Below are positions 1 to 12,919 of a stretch of 64,000 nucleotides of DNA, in pieces. Position numbers and translations under genes: made by a program. Each line of letters begins with the position of its first letter. Within the stretch, counting starts at the first letter, position 1. The notes under the pieces were generated by a model, which saw only the letters and a program-made list of their open reading frames with translations, was not told where the DNA came from and did not search any database. This stretch comes from Camelus dromedarius (Eukaryota), in contig NC_087436.1 of assembly GCF_036321535.1 (NCBI RefSeq), forward strand, positions 55,554,001-55,618,000, written 5' to 3'.

Positions 1-80
1 AGGAGAGGCTCCGCGCGCCTTCCGGACTGGGGCTGGGCTCGTGGGCGGCGCTGCGCGCAGGGAGACGCGGTCCAGGTCAA
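1..80. promoter_or_regulatory. Edge of a CpG island / probable promoter-proximal region
   Basis: Very GC-rich with dense CpG (ccgcgcgcc, gggcggcgctgcgcgc) and a GC box GGGCGG; composition drops abruptly after ~120. The gene and its orientation cannot be determined. Confidence 0.65.
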
Positions 81-174
81 ATCCCCCATTGGACAACAGG
101 GGGAGACGTCTGCTTTGCAGCTAAAGCTATGAGACAGATACTCGTCTGAATAGTATTTTTAATTTATTTGCTTA

Positions 175-660
175 TTCCACATTGCATTCATTTACTCACC
201 AAGAATTCAGTGTCTCCTGTGTGCCCGGCACTGTTCTAACCTAAAAAAGGAAAAAGCTGTGGACAAAGGGGGCAGGCTTATGTGCCCTTAACTAGCTATT
301 ATTCTGTGGAGAAAGTGGAGAGTGAAGAAGAGCAAAGATGTGTACTATGAGAGATTGTAGGAGAGCCGTGTGGGCAACAGTGACCTCAGGGGCTGTTCTG
401 AGAGGCCATCTGAGCGGGGACGGGGCTGGGTGAGGGAGGTCCGTGGGGACACAGGGAAGAAAGGAGCGCCGAGGGCACGGGGCACGTGTGCACCAAGCCT
501 CCGAGTGGGGGTAGGTCCAGTGTGTGCAAGAGACAGCACGGAGCCTGGTGTGACTGGAGCAGAGTAAGGGCGGGGACAGTGACAGGAGGTGTGGTCAAAT
601 ACATAAGCGGAGGCTGAATTGTGGGGCCTTTTTATTTTAAGTAGGATGAAGAGCTGTCAG
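175..660 (-). mobile_element. LINE-2 (L2) 3' fragment
   Basis: cattcatttact...tgtgtgcccggcactgttcta is the reverse complement of the L2 3' end, followed by purine-rich antisense L2 body. Confidence 0.75.
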
Positions 661-1489
661 GAAGTGTCATCTTCTCCGGACCACTTAAAAAACCCGGTCT
701 TTAAATCTCAGATTTTCCATATGCTTTTTAATGATGTATGTTCTGGGTTTTGTTGATGTTATATATATTTTTTCATGTTCAATCAAATTAGACTACATTA
801 ATTTGAACTAACATATGAGGCTAAAAATTAGCCATTAGGGCATGCTTAATGCTTTGCCTTGATGCCTCCATCTTATTAGGATTTTTTTTTTAACATTGCA
901 ATGTTAATTTTTATTTATAATGTTCAATTTTATTCACAAATATCTTTTGATTTATACTTTATAGTGAAAGCACATTGAAGAGATTAATATGATAGCTGAA
1001 GCACTTCTGTATAAATAACAACACTGGCAAAATCAGAAGGTTGTCAGTTAGCAAGGTAATACCACAAAACAGTATGAATTCAATATAAGCAAGTCAGTGT
1101 TAAGGGTACCAGTATTTCCAATATAAATGTGTCAGTTCCCTCTTAAGTATAAATATAGAATGTTAGTAGATATTTTAAAACTGAAATTTCTATAATCAAA
1201 TATTTTAGGGAATTTGTTTAATTAAACAGAGGCAGTTCAATTTCTTTAGTACAGGACAAAGCAGATCTTCGTAGAAATGAATCTCTAAAAGAGGTGCAAA
1301 TGGTATGTAGTGTTTCTCGAGTTTATTGGTCCACAATCTTTCCTTTAACAGTGTCTCTCACCAGGACATTTGAAATCACTTCTGATTGCCAGTGAATATG
1401 TGCATCTGGAATTCTGTGTGGAACTGCCCCTATGGGAACTACAGTTTTAAATGTCATCATACTGTGCATCACTGCAGGGAGTAACTCCT

Positions 1490-1712
1490 GCTACTAATTC
1501 ATACTTACACAGCTTTCACTATGTTCCAGATGCTGGTCTAACAGGCTTATACTCTTCTCATCCTAGTAACCTCTCTATGAGTTTGGTGTGCTACTATTCT
1601 ATTCATTTTAGAGATGAGGAAACTAAAACCCAGAGAGAGGAAATTACTGGCCAAGATCACAAAGCTCATAAGTAACTGGACTGGGCAGCCTGGCTCCAGA
1701 AACCATGCTGTT
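1490..1712 (-). mobile_element. MIR SINE
   Basis: Antisense MIR core: cattttagagatgaggaaactaaaacccagagag...ccaagatcaca. Confidence 0.85.
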
Positions 1713-2179
1713 AGCCTGTCGATGTGCCCCCTCTCAGATAGATCACTGCTCTGTCCCTTATCAGAGACTAGTGGCAGCCATCTCTGTCACAGTTCTAGGG
1801 CAGGAGCTCTTCTTTTTCTTCACAATCTACTTACTTCTCTCTGTTTTTATCTCATTCTGTGTTCCACACATTTCCACACCTGTGCCCCATGTAGGTTCTA
1901 TGGCTGAGATGCAAATTCTCCATCTCTGAAATTGCTTGAAATCTATTATTTGAAAATTTAACCTTTTCTCCTAATTACACCATCTTTATCAACTGTATTG
2001 AAATTGGTATAGCTGTTTTTGTATCTCGAAGTGCGATCGCACAACTGCTAAAGTTGCAGTACTTCTCCTGTATGAGAATCTCCTGCGGTATTCCCTTTGG
2101 TTTCTTCACTCATGTGGGAAAGCTTTTATAAACATACTGATGTTCTGTCTCTCCTTATCTCTCTTTCCAATTTTGTTTC

Positions 2180-3230
2180 TTTAACAAATATTGACACAGG
2201 GTATTGTTCTAGTCCCTGAACATCTCCAAAAAAGGATACTTGTTTTTGTTTGGCTTACATCCTGGTGGTGAGTGACAGATGTTAAACCATAAACATCATT
2301 AGGGGGTACATTCTGTTGTGTACAAGGAGGTAAGAAGTACTATGGAAAAAATAAAACATGATCACAGCAGGAACAATGTATTGATGGGGGTGGTTTTAAC
2401 GTTGAACAAGGGATAAAAAGTGTAATGTTTTGAGAAGGTTAACTATGGGGAAACTTCAAGAAGATGAAAGATTTAGCCAAATTCAAAAATATATCTGACA
2501 GAAGAAGATTCCAGGCTGAGGGCTGGAGGAGATGCCTGAAGACAGGAGCTTGTCTGTAATATCCCTAGCACTATGCAGAGGCTACCATGCTGTAATGGAG
2601 TGAAAGAGGAGGGGGAGGTAGGTGTAAGGTCAGAAAGGTAAGGTGACCCGGACCTCGCAGGCCATCATGAGTTTAGCTCCCGTGCTTAGTGAATGGGGGC
2701 GCCACTGTAGGGCTTCGGATAGAGACGAGACATCGTCTGATTTATGTATTAAAAAAATCCCTCTGGTTTCTCAGTTTGAGTGTAAAGAGTGGGGCCATGG
2801 GGGTAAGTTATGGGTCAAAGCAAGGATATCTGTTAGAAAACAACTGCATAATCCACAAGAACGAGAGTAGGAGCTTTGAATCAGAGTAGGAGTAACAGAA
2901 GCAGGAAAATCAGTGGATATACGACTCTGTATTTGAGGAGAGGGAACTGAGAGGCAAAAAATAAATAAAAAGAGGAATTGAGAGTTATCAACATATACAT
3001 ACTATTTAAAGATATGGAATTAGATGAGCTCATGGAAGATGAACTGGCTGTAGATGGAGAAATGGAGGGGGCTGAGACGGAGACTGAAAGAAGAGACAAC
3101 ACCAGCAGTAGCTGAATAGGAAGGTCCAGTGAGTGACAGCAGAGCGAGGGGAGCATGCATCCTAGGACCCAAGGGAAAATCATGTGTTAAGGAGGAAGAA
3201 GTCCCCTTGGTAAGCAAGGTTGTATGATGC
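2180..3230 (-). mobile_element. LINE-2 (L2a/b-like) fragment
   Basis: Starts aacaaatattga...gtattgttctag, then ~1 kb purine-rich antisense L2 sequence (gagttatcaacatatacatactatttaaag). Confidence 0.75.
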
Positions 3231-3671
3231 TCCTGCCCCACCAAACTCAAAAGCATTCCAGGAATCCTGGCTTCCCTCCACTGTGTATGTCTCTTCCTGA
3301 CCAAATGATGGGGCTAGAAGGTTTAGTGGAGGTGCAATCTTCCAGGTGATAGATTACCTGCCAAAGGCTCCTGCTATTACTCAAAAGTCCTTTCTTCTGT
3401 GCTTATTTCAAGCATCTTGCTTCACACTTGGCTCCCTTTGCCAAGATTTTGCTCCTTGATTGTTTTAAGCCCCTTAGAGATGATTTATACCAAGATAGGG
3501 GAAATAATTAATTGATTTTCTGATGGGCTGAGATCAAAGAAGGGAAAAATAAAACATTTTTAAAAATTTCAACTGTAGATATGTATTTTTAAGCTTTCAA
3601 ATTTGTAATAAATTATCTGAAACTGGTAATTCAATGTCATTCTCTCTCCCTGAGAAGTTAAAATTTTATTC

Positions 3672-3689
3672 AAAAAAAAAAAAAAAAAA
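3672..3689. repeat. poly(A)18 tract
   Basis: Seen directly. Confidence 0.95.
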
Positions 3690-3971
3690 GAATCACCAGT
3701 TTCACATTACAGCTATAGCATTATGCTCTTGTACCACCGCTGCCCTTCTCTTTTCACAGAAAGAACTGTGTAAAAGTATAAGATGGTAAGCAATTTAGCA
3801 ATGCTTCTGAGACATTGGTTAGTCCATGGTTTCATCTTCTCAAGACTCCTCAGTATAATTATGTGTAGTTGCAATACACAAGACACAAATGTCAGACAAC
3901 TAATTAGTATATCCTTTTTATCATTATGCTGTCAAATCCAAAAAGAACAAACACTTTTTTTGTGGTGGCTT

Positions 3972-3989
3972 TTGTTGTTGTTGTTGTTG
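3972..3989. repeat. (TTG)6 microsatellite
   Basis: Seen directly. Confidence 0.9.
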
Positions 3990-4469
3990 TTTTTGGTGTG
4001 TTTGTCTCTGCATATCCCTGGCTAGCACAAGACATTCTTACACAGTTAATTATCAACTAGTTCAAGGATGAGTCTCTGCATCTGTGTTTTATTTAGCCTA
4101 TCCAGAGGACATCTTCACCTTGTCTTTCCTCAGTATAATTACTGCTATTATCATAAGGTGAGAAATAAACTAATTTTGATTAAAGTCCAATTAGTATCAA
4201 TGCTTAGCTTATAGGTATAAAGTGTGCAGACTATGCAGAAACATTTTTATGACTGGTATTCATGTGCTAACAACTGAAGAAAATGGAATATACCATTATA
4301 ATTTCATTTTTTAAAGCACCCTATGGATTTGCTTAAGGAGCAAGCAATTTCAAAAGCCAAGAATATTTTAATTAAACGATTATATTTTGTATAGGCAATA
4401 ATCGTTCTGCAGTATTTTTTCATAAGTGGCCAACTGAAGAGTATTTTCTGGATTTATATGAGCTTATCA

Positions 4470-4545
4470 TTAAATTAACTTGCCCAGAGTAACCAGCTTT
4501 CATCAGCAGAGGTCAAGATTTGAACTTGGTCAGAACTTTGGGCAG
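4470..4545 (-). mobile_element. MIR fragment
   Basis: taacttgcccagagtaaccagct...agcagaggtcaagatttgaact. Confidence 0.6.
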
Positions 4546-5559
4546 AACAGCTCACTTGATGAACCCTGCTGCAAGTCTAATACTCAGTTATCTACATTGT
4601 AGTAAAGTTGTGAATTCTAAAGTGGTATCCCCAAAGGGAAATAGTAACAATTACTATCTGAGTAGCTTCATTTTTAACATTAAAAATTAAAATAACAAAC
4701 TTACACTGTGACTTCTTTGTCAAGGTAATCCTAGTTCTTTTTTCACTTCAAAAAAAATTTTTTATATATTACAATAAGTTTTTATAATGTGTGATTTCAT
4801 AAAACAGTCAGTGCATTGCATTTCATATTTCTCTCTAGGAAATTTGTCTTTTAAATAAAGTATTCACAGAGAGGTGTTATTTAGAAAATAAAGGGGTAAA
4901 AAATATAAACAAGGAGACGATCAACTTAAATCCAGGGTGTTCTTTCTTGGGGAGAGTTGGGAGAATACCGTTGAGAAGAGGCACAGTGTCTGGGGCAAGG
5001 ATTTAAGGATTTACTTCATGCCAGTGTTTTACTTACCTGGTAGACCATTCATTCCGATTAGAAATAACTTTTTTCTTTTTCTAACCTTGGTGATTTGATC
5101 ACCATCTGCTCTCCAGGAGAGGCAATGGGAAATATTGGAAGTGGTTGCACAGATTTGATACACATTATGGTGGGCACAGGTAGTACTACTAATCATATTT
5201 TGAAGGAGAAACAAACTAACACTTGGTGCAGTAATAAATTTCACTGTTCTGTAAAAACGAATACTCCTGGAAATCCTCTGAACCTTCAGAGATTTTGATA
5301 CTGCCCAGGCTAAGTGAAATGGAATCGGTCCCCTCACCACGATTAGACCCTCTTCCCAGTTATCCTCGCTTCCTTTTCTCCCATGAGTTCAAGTCAGCTA
5401 TATCAGACTGCACTCGGCCTCTAGGCACTTTCTAGTGCCCCTGGACAACCACCTTTCTTGCAATTAAATGCATCCAAAGCCTGAGCTGCCAGTATTCATC
5501 ATTGGGAAGTGATGCATTGTTCAAAGCAATGTTGTCATTATACTTAGCCTCAAACAATT

Positions 5560-5820
5560 AACTGGAATCAGAAAACATGGCTTGACACCCCAGCTTTGCC
5601 ACTTACTAGTGAGGTTTTCAGCAAATCATTTTACTTGTCATTCTAAATCTCCTGTGCAATAAAACATGGTGTTAGTAATAAAAAAAAATAAATTTACTTC
5701 ATCTTCTGCATATCAACTTGCTCCTACACAAATCACATTTAAAATATAGCTGTGTTGTAAAGATTAAATGAGATAATATATGTGAAAGTGCTTGCTGAAT
5801 ACCAAAGCACTCTACTAATA
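5560..5820 (+). mobile_element. MIR SINE
   Basis: ctggaatcagaa...cccagctttgccacttactag...gttgtaaagattaaatgagataatatatgtgaaagtgctt. Confidence 0.8.
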
Positions 5821-6041
5821 AGAGCTGCTGTTTGCTTTTTTCTTAAGTAATTTTCCACCAACTGGAGTCTCTGTCATTCACATTCAAAGAATTGTATTTT
5901 CTCTTATGTTTCCTTTATTATTAAATGGTATCTTTTTCAGAGATGAGAAATATTTTTTGGAAAAGATGACCCTTGTCCTTAAGTTATAAAGACAACCACA
6001 AAATGGATTAAATTTCAGTGAAATAAGTGAATCATATGGCA

Positions 6042-6103
6042 TATTTTGCGTTAAATAAGTGTTTATTTTGTGTTATGTAAGTTTTTATTTTGTGTTAAAT
6101 AAA
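6042..6103. repeat. Short minisatellite, ~3 x 22 bp (tattttgtgttaaataagtktt)
   Basis: Units start at 6042, 6064 and 6086. Confidence 0.85.
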
Positions 6104-6949
6104 TCTAACATAACAAAGAAATACTATTTACAGTAGATACCCACTGGAGATAGAAATACTTGTAAGCTGTGGAATCATTTACTAGGGAAAAGTAAGCCTG
6201 GCAAGCCTGGAGAAAAGTGAAACCTCTGAACCTGATGTTTTTAATGTTTATGTTTTGACTTAGACATAAATCATGTTTGTTCAGTTCACTATAAATATGC
6301 ATAGGATGTTTCAGTTTCTCTTTAAAATCAGAAAACAAAAATGTGTAATTGATGGAAAATCAGCATATTAACGAATTACCATAGACATGAGTAAGGATTT
6401 GGGATCATGGCGGCTATATGAGTAAAATAAGAATGACTTTTGAAAACTGCAGACTTTAACTTTGAAAGTATAGGATATTAATCATTTAACAACAAATTTG
6501 GACTCTTTTTTTTTTTTCAAAGAGTGTTTTTGTCCAAAAAAGAATGTCTCAGTAACCAGGTACTGATCTCCTTCTCAGAGACTTAAATAAATTGAAATAT
6601 CATACTTTAGGTATTTGTCTGTATAAAAAGAACATATGTATGTAGACAAAGCAGGATAAAATAAAAATAATACATGTAATGAAAGACTCCCAATTAAATT
6701 ATTAGATGATCAGTGAGCACGTCATCACTTTCACGGACCCCAGCTGCCTGCACATCGCAGTGGTAGAATGCGGGTGCTGAATAAATACTTCTTGGCACAT
6801 AGACTAAAGAACGCAAATAGGCCATTTCCTATGGACATGAAAATATTTTTAAGTAACTTTAACTTCTTGAGAACTAAATCATAAAGCAGTTGGGAGTGTT
6901 TTTCTTTGTTTCTGAAATCATCCTTAGTATTTTGCACTTGAGGAAATGT

Positions 6950-8445
6950 CTTATTTTTTAACAGTTGTATTGAAATCTAATTGACGTAAAATAATCTGAC
7001 CCTACTAAAATTGTAAATTGCGACACATTTGACAAATATATGCACCCACGAAATGTTTTATACATCCGTGAAACAAGTAAAGATAACACAAATACTATCA
7101 CTTCCAAACATGTCCTCATAGATTTTGGAAACTTCCTCTATTTTGTTCCATTTGTCTAAAATGTGTCTCTATCTTTATGCCAATACCACACTGTTATTAC
7201 TGTAGTTTTATAAGTTTTGGATCTGTGGGTTTACAGTTTTCATCAAATTTGGAAAATGTTCATCCAATATTTCTTCAAATACTCTGTTCTTCCACCTCTA
7301 CCTCCAATCGGGACACCATCTGCACATCTTAGGTACTTGAAGTCATCCACCACTCATTGATGTTCTGTTCTGTTCTTTTCTTTTCTTTTAATTCTCCTTT
7401 CTATGAATTTTGATAGATTCTATTGATATGTCTTCAGATTCATGATCATGTCTTCTGCAATGTCTATTCTACTTTTTAATCCCAGTCCATGTATTTTTCA
7501 TGCAAGACATAGTTTTCATTTCTTGAAGTTTGATTTCAGTCTTTTTGTTACTTACGTGTCTCTACTTAACTTTCTAAAAATATGGAATACTGTTATAATA
7601 ACCGTTACCATGTTTCATCAGGGAGTTCTGACATCTGTGTCAGTTGTGGGTCAGTTTTAACTGGCTCCTCTCAGTGTGGATAGTATTTTCCTGCTCCTTG
7701 GTATGCCGGGTTATTTATCATTGGGTGCCAGACATTGTAAATTTTACATTTTTTGGCTGTATACTGTTATATTTCTATAAATATACTTGAACTATTTTCT
7801 TCCCTGGATGCAGTTAATTTAATTGTAGAGTGGATCCTTTTAGGTCTTGCTTTTAGAGTTTTTAGGGGCGACAGAACAGCATTTACTTTAGAGTTCATTA
7901 TTCTGAGAACTCTACCCAATTACCCTTGCATTGTGAAGTTTTTCAGTCTGGCTGGTGGAAAAAGGCACCATTGCTGGCCCTGTGTGTCTGCTGGGGACGG
8001 TCGCTTCTCATCCTTTCAGCTGTTTCTCACCTGCTTAGGGTTGTTTTCCTCATATGCAGGCATTAATCAATATTCAGCTGAATAACTGAGAGACCCCCTG
8101 CAGGTCTCCAGTGTTCTCTGTTCTCTCTCTTCTCCGGTACTCTGTCTGGAAAACACTAGTAGCCTTGGTCACCCCAAATACTCATTCTGTCCTCAAGTCA
8201 GGAGGCTCCCACAATCTGCTAAGGTTCCTTTTCCCTGAACAACCTGAAAACTCTCTCAAGACCATAAACTGGGACTCACTTAGGCTCACGTAGTTTATTT
8301 CTTGGCTCTGGGATCACTGTACTCCACTGTCTGATGGAACTGGATTGCAAACCTTTATTTCATAAGTTTTAACTTTGGCTGTTTCAGGTAGGAGGATGTA
8401 CCTGGTCCCTGTTATTCCATCTGGGCCAGAAATAGGACTTGGATG
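6950..8445 (-). mobile_element. Composite ancient L1 (L1MC/MD-like): 3'UTR piece, short ORF2 piece and ORF1/5' piece
   Basis: 6950 tttttaacagttgtattgaaatctaattgac (3' end); 7170 atgccaataccacactgttattactgtagttttata (ORF2); 7220 onward gatctgtgggtttacagttttcatcaaatttggaaaa (ORF1/5' region). Confidence 0.75.
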
Positions 8446-10629
8446 TGTTTTTAAACAAAATTTACAATAAAGCAAACTATTAAAACAATAAGATTAAAAA
8501 TCTCATTGAAAGAAAGCTTATCTTGAACTCATCAATATGAATGAACTATAAAATTATATCTGAACAATGCTTGCAGGATTTCTGGAATTTATGCTACTTC
8601 TCAAAATCACTTAAGACCTCCAGGGCTAATATAAAGGCATATTCATTACCAACTACTGTTTCCCTTAAACTGAGGACTGGCCCCCTGCTGGGTATTTGGA
8701 GAAGGTGATTGTATTCAAGTGATAAATAGAACAAATATTTCATATCTGAATTGACTCAAACTTGAGAAGAATGAAATTTTTCAGAGAAAAATGAACATTA
8801 AAAAATGGACAATCAACTTAATCTCAAGACTAATATACGTTGTTTTGAGGGGCTTTTTTGTTTGTCTGTTTTTTAAGAAACTAAAAATGATACTGAAAAG
8901 GCTTATGAGGAAAAAGCTTGTGTTATACCATAAAGAAGTTTAAACAATTCCCTCTATGGCAGCAAACAACTCAACTCAAATGTCAGTATGCATGCAGAAA
9001 AATGTTTATGCTTTTTCAAAATATGTATCCAGAATTTATTTTAAAAAATAATTGTAAACTGCTTTATCAGAAATTGATTAGAACATATTATTTACATTAT
9101 TACTAGGTCTTTTGGGGTCTGTTTAAGTCTTTTATGCATTTCACTGAAAATATACTTTATTGGTGTATTTGAAAATATTTCATTTTTAAAAGTGTCCACA
9201 ATGCAAATTTTAAAAATATTTTTAAAAATTTTAAAATTGAGAATTCAAAGAGAACCTTAGATAGAATGACAAAAGCAAGCTTTCAGACACGTTTCCATTT
9301 CTAGTGAATAGTAAGCAGGAATAGACAAATCTATTTCTATCAACATATTCTATGCCAGACAACACCTGTAAAAAAAAAAGCATACAAGGAACATGAAGTA
9401 ACTGGAAATAGGAAAATTATTTCCACTGATGGGCAGCTGAAATGCACCAGGAAGACAGAGAGTAATGGTATCTCTGCATTTATTTTGACAAACCTATGAC
9501 AGCACCATTCTGTTCCTTGATAGACAAACATAATCTTTGAAATATGTTTGGAGATTCCTTCCACTCAGCCTGTTTCTTTCAAGGCTGCCTTTGATCACAA
9601 GCCAAACCCAGCAGAATGAAAAACAATGCCTGTTGTTCCTTGTATATTATAGCTAACCTACTATTTTATCTTTCATTACTGGACTTTGATTTGTATTTGA
9701 ATGAACATTAGCAGAAGCTTTAAACAGCCATTATATATCCCTTACTCATTCTGTCTCTAATCCTACTATCCATTTATCAGCACAACAATAATTATTGTTG
9801 ATCCATTATTAAGAATAACAATGAAAAAAAAGAATAACAATGCAAATGCCTTTATCCTACTAAATTTCAGATCATTTTTACAATAATCAAAAATGTCCCA
9901 AGCACAATCATGTTATATCCCGAAGCCTCAATATCACCATGTTAATTAAATAGGTCAAGCTTCTGTGCTCTTATTCATCCATATATTTTCAGTTACATTG
10001 GCAAATCTCAGAGTGCATTGTTTTCCAGCAATTGTTCGCAGCATAAAAGGAATTCTGAATGCACAGCTAATGAAATCCATATATTAGAATTCTTGCCATT
10101 TCTGTAGACAAGTGTACCAAATTTACTCTAAATTTTTTATTCAGCAGGAAGGGTAATACAAAATATAGTTTCAGGGATATGATTCATGTATGTTAGCAGT
10201 ATTAATTCAAGATGGGAAAGTAATTGCATTTCCTGTCTCAATATTAATATTTTGTGAGTTGTGCTTATAGCTAACCAAGAGAAATGTACTACTACCATAT
10301 CTGTAGAAACCTTCTGTCCCTAAAAATATTGTTTTGAAACGATCCAAGCCAAAAGACACTATACAAGGCTCTACCCACCTATCAAATAGATTCATAACTT
10401 ATGTTTCCACATTAAAAAAAAAGTGCTATATATAAAAACCATGACCACCCCTGGGGAAAAAAACACCCAAGGCCTTTAGTCTTTCTATGAAAATATAGTT
10501 TTATAACAAATCTAAGTTTAAGTTCTGAAAGAAAATGAAAGTGTAAGCTGCTGTCTAGACCTGGTTAAGATGGAGTTTTGAGTAATTCATACAGAACACA
10601 ATGTAATCAAAGTTTGAGATATTAAGGGG

Positions 10630-10959
10630 TGCTATGTTCTGAGTTGTGTCCCTCCCAAAATTCATATATTGAAGCCATAAGCCTCATGTACTGTATCTGG
10701 AGATAATTCAGGTTAATTGAGGTCATAAGGATGGGGCCCTAAGGCAGTAGAACTGTGACCTTTTAAGAAGAGGAAGAGAGTGAGATCTCTCACTCCACAA
10801 CGTGAGGACACAGTGAGAAAAACACCCCGCAAGGCAGGAAGAGAGCTCTCACCAGAAGCAGACCACACTGGCACCCTGACCTCAGACTTTTAACCTTCAG
10901 AGCTCTGAAAAAATAGCTTTATGCTGTTTAAGCCAACCCAGCCTCAGCCAACCAAGACA
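10630..10959 (+). mobile_element. MaLR solo LTR (MLT1A-like)
   Basis: TG...CA termini (tgctatgttctgagttgtgtccctcccaaaattcatat ... ccaagaca); 5-bp TSD agggg/atggg. Confidence 0.9.
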
Positions 10960-12919
10960 ATGGGTCACGCCGCGTATTTAAAAGCTTTTTTTGCCATTCA
11001 GTAAGAGATCTAGCGATAAGTACATTCATCTGAGGCTATGTGGTTAGTGGATATTTGAATACTACTCTTTCACTTACTAGAGTTGTGACTAGGAACACAT
11101 CGTTGAAATATTTCACGCCTGTACTTCCCATACTTAAATGATGACTCGTTGAAACAGGTAATGGACCTCATGTCAAAAATGGTCATGTATCTATACAGTC
11201 CACGATGTTGGCTGTATATGGATTCTCAGCCTCATGGCCACAGCTCAAGGTCACTGGGGCATCCAAGGCCCATATGATAGGAACTCCTGGTGAAGATTAT
11301 TTCAGTGATTTCCTTCCAAGAATAAAGTTTAATTAACTAATCCCTTACTCCTAATGTGATAGATAATGTAGAACTGAGGCATCTCAATGGGTCATATAAA
11401 ACCTATACTGTTTCTCCACTTGGTTACTAACCTAGCGATTTATTTGAATAAAAATGATGTCAAATTATTTAACAAAGGTCACTGTGTGTGATTGTAATTT
11501 CCTGGTAGAACACCTCCAAACTCTTTCAATCTGTTTTTTTGTAAAAGTGTTTATTGCTCTACGTCTTTTTTCCTATGTGGAAATGAAGACTATTAATTCT
11601 ATAAATATCATTTTTCAGAATAGAATCTCTTATCTCCATTTTCTCTTATTTTTCTATAATGAAGTCAGATCAAATTTACATCATGTATTAGCAGAACAGT
11701 ATAAATGAACAGATATTAGACATTTTAGACAATATTAGACATGTTGGCCTTATTATGATTTTAGTTATGACCAATGCCATGCAAATATATCACTGCACGA
11801 AATAAAGATATTTAAAAAATTAACCTTTACTCTGCCTTTCAATCCAGCCAAAAGCAAGGATTTGGGCTACGTTTTGTTTATTATGTGCAAGCACAGTTTT
11901 GTCTGTCTGTCTTTTTCTAGCCACGACCACTCTGCTGCATTCACGGCACCATGCACAGCTGAGGAGTTAAAAAGCTATTTCTGACACTGATGATACTAGT
12001 AATAATGATGATTTTATTTAAAGATTTTTCAGGCCACATATCTAACTGCAGAATCGGGGCATGAAACTCCTCCGAAATCTTACACTGACGCAAAGGATGA
12101 AGCACAAATTGTGCAAGGTTGCACTTTGTTTACAGTTTTCTTGGGGCAGTCGTCTGCTCCATAAAAAAATCCTTAAGGTCTTTTCACGATAGAATACCTT
12201 TATGACAGCCCATTAATCCATCATTTCTAGCTACGTACTGTCTTCCTGTTTTCCAAATCATTTCTGAATCAGGATGAAAACAGCAATTCAAGTTATTGTG
12301 ACAGGTTTCCCGAGGAAGTCACACGTGGGTTTCTGTGCACACACTCGCAAACACACCGAGCACAGTTTATGGAGGCAGAGCTCGTTGCGTTCTGTGGCTC
12401 TGAGGGAGAGTTAGGCTCGCTTATCAATTCACAGTCCATCATCTTCCACTAGTCATTGGAGTTTGGGGCTGAACACTACATGGGCTACTTGTCATTTGGA
12501 CCAAGAAAGAAATAAGAAATGATGTAAACCGATTTCCCTTGACAGGAGAGACACAGATGGAGATGACGTTTGGACCATATTGTCTGCTTTCGGGTCATCC
12601 CTGAAGCCATTAGCTATCATAATGATGAAACCGGAGTTATTTATTTCCCCACAATTTTCTGATGTGGCAAAAAACAGTATTACATTGGGGGCCTGAGTTT
12701 TCCTCAGAGAGGTTGTGTTGTCCTTGAGAAAGAAACAACACATATGACAGAGTATTTTTAACTAGTAGAAGGAAAAATCACAAATTAGAGGAAAGAGACA
12801 TAATACAAGATAATATTAACTTCAGTATTATGTAAGATTAGACTTTCCAGAATATTACTTCTATATTTATAAAGTATATAAGCTTTTCTTGGAGTTCCTG
12901 ACTCCCAGTTACTTTCAGT

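Noticed and set aside
3849..4141. Repeated cctcagtataatta (14 bp)
   Set aside because: Short AT-rich match whose flanks do not align convincingly.
5030..5040. Match to the U1 snRNA 5' end (tacttacctgg)
   Set aside because: Similarity stops after 11 nt, so this is not a U1 gene or pseudogene.
6042..6103. CRISPR-like array
   Set aside because: No unique spacers, and the context is eukaryotic.
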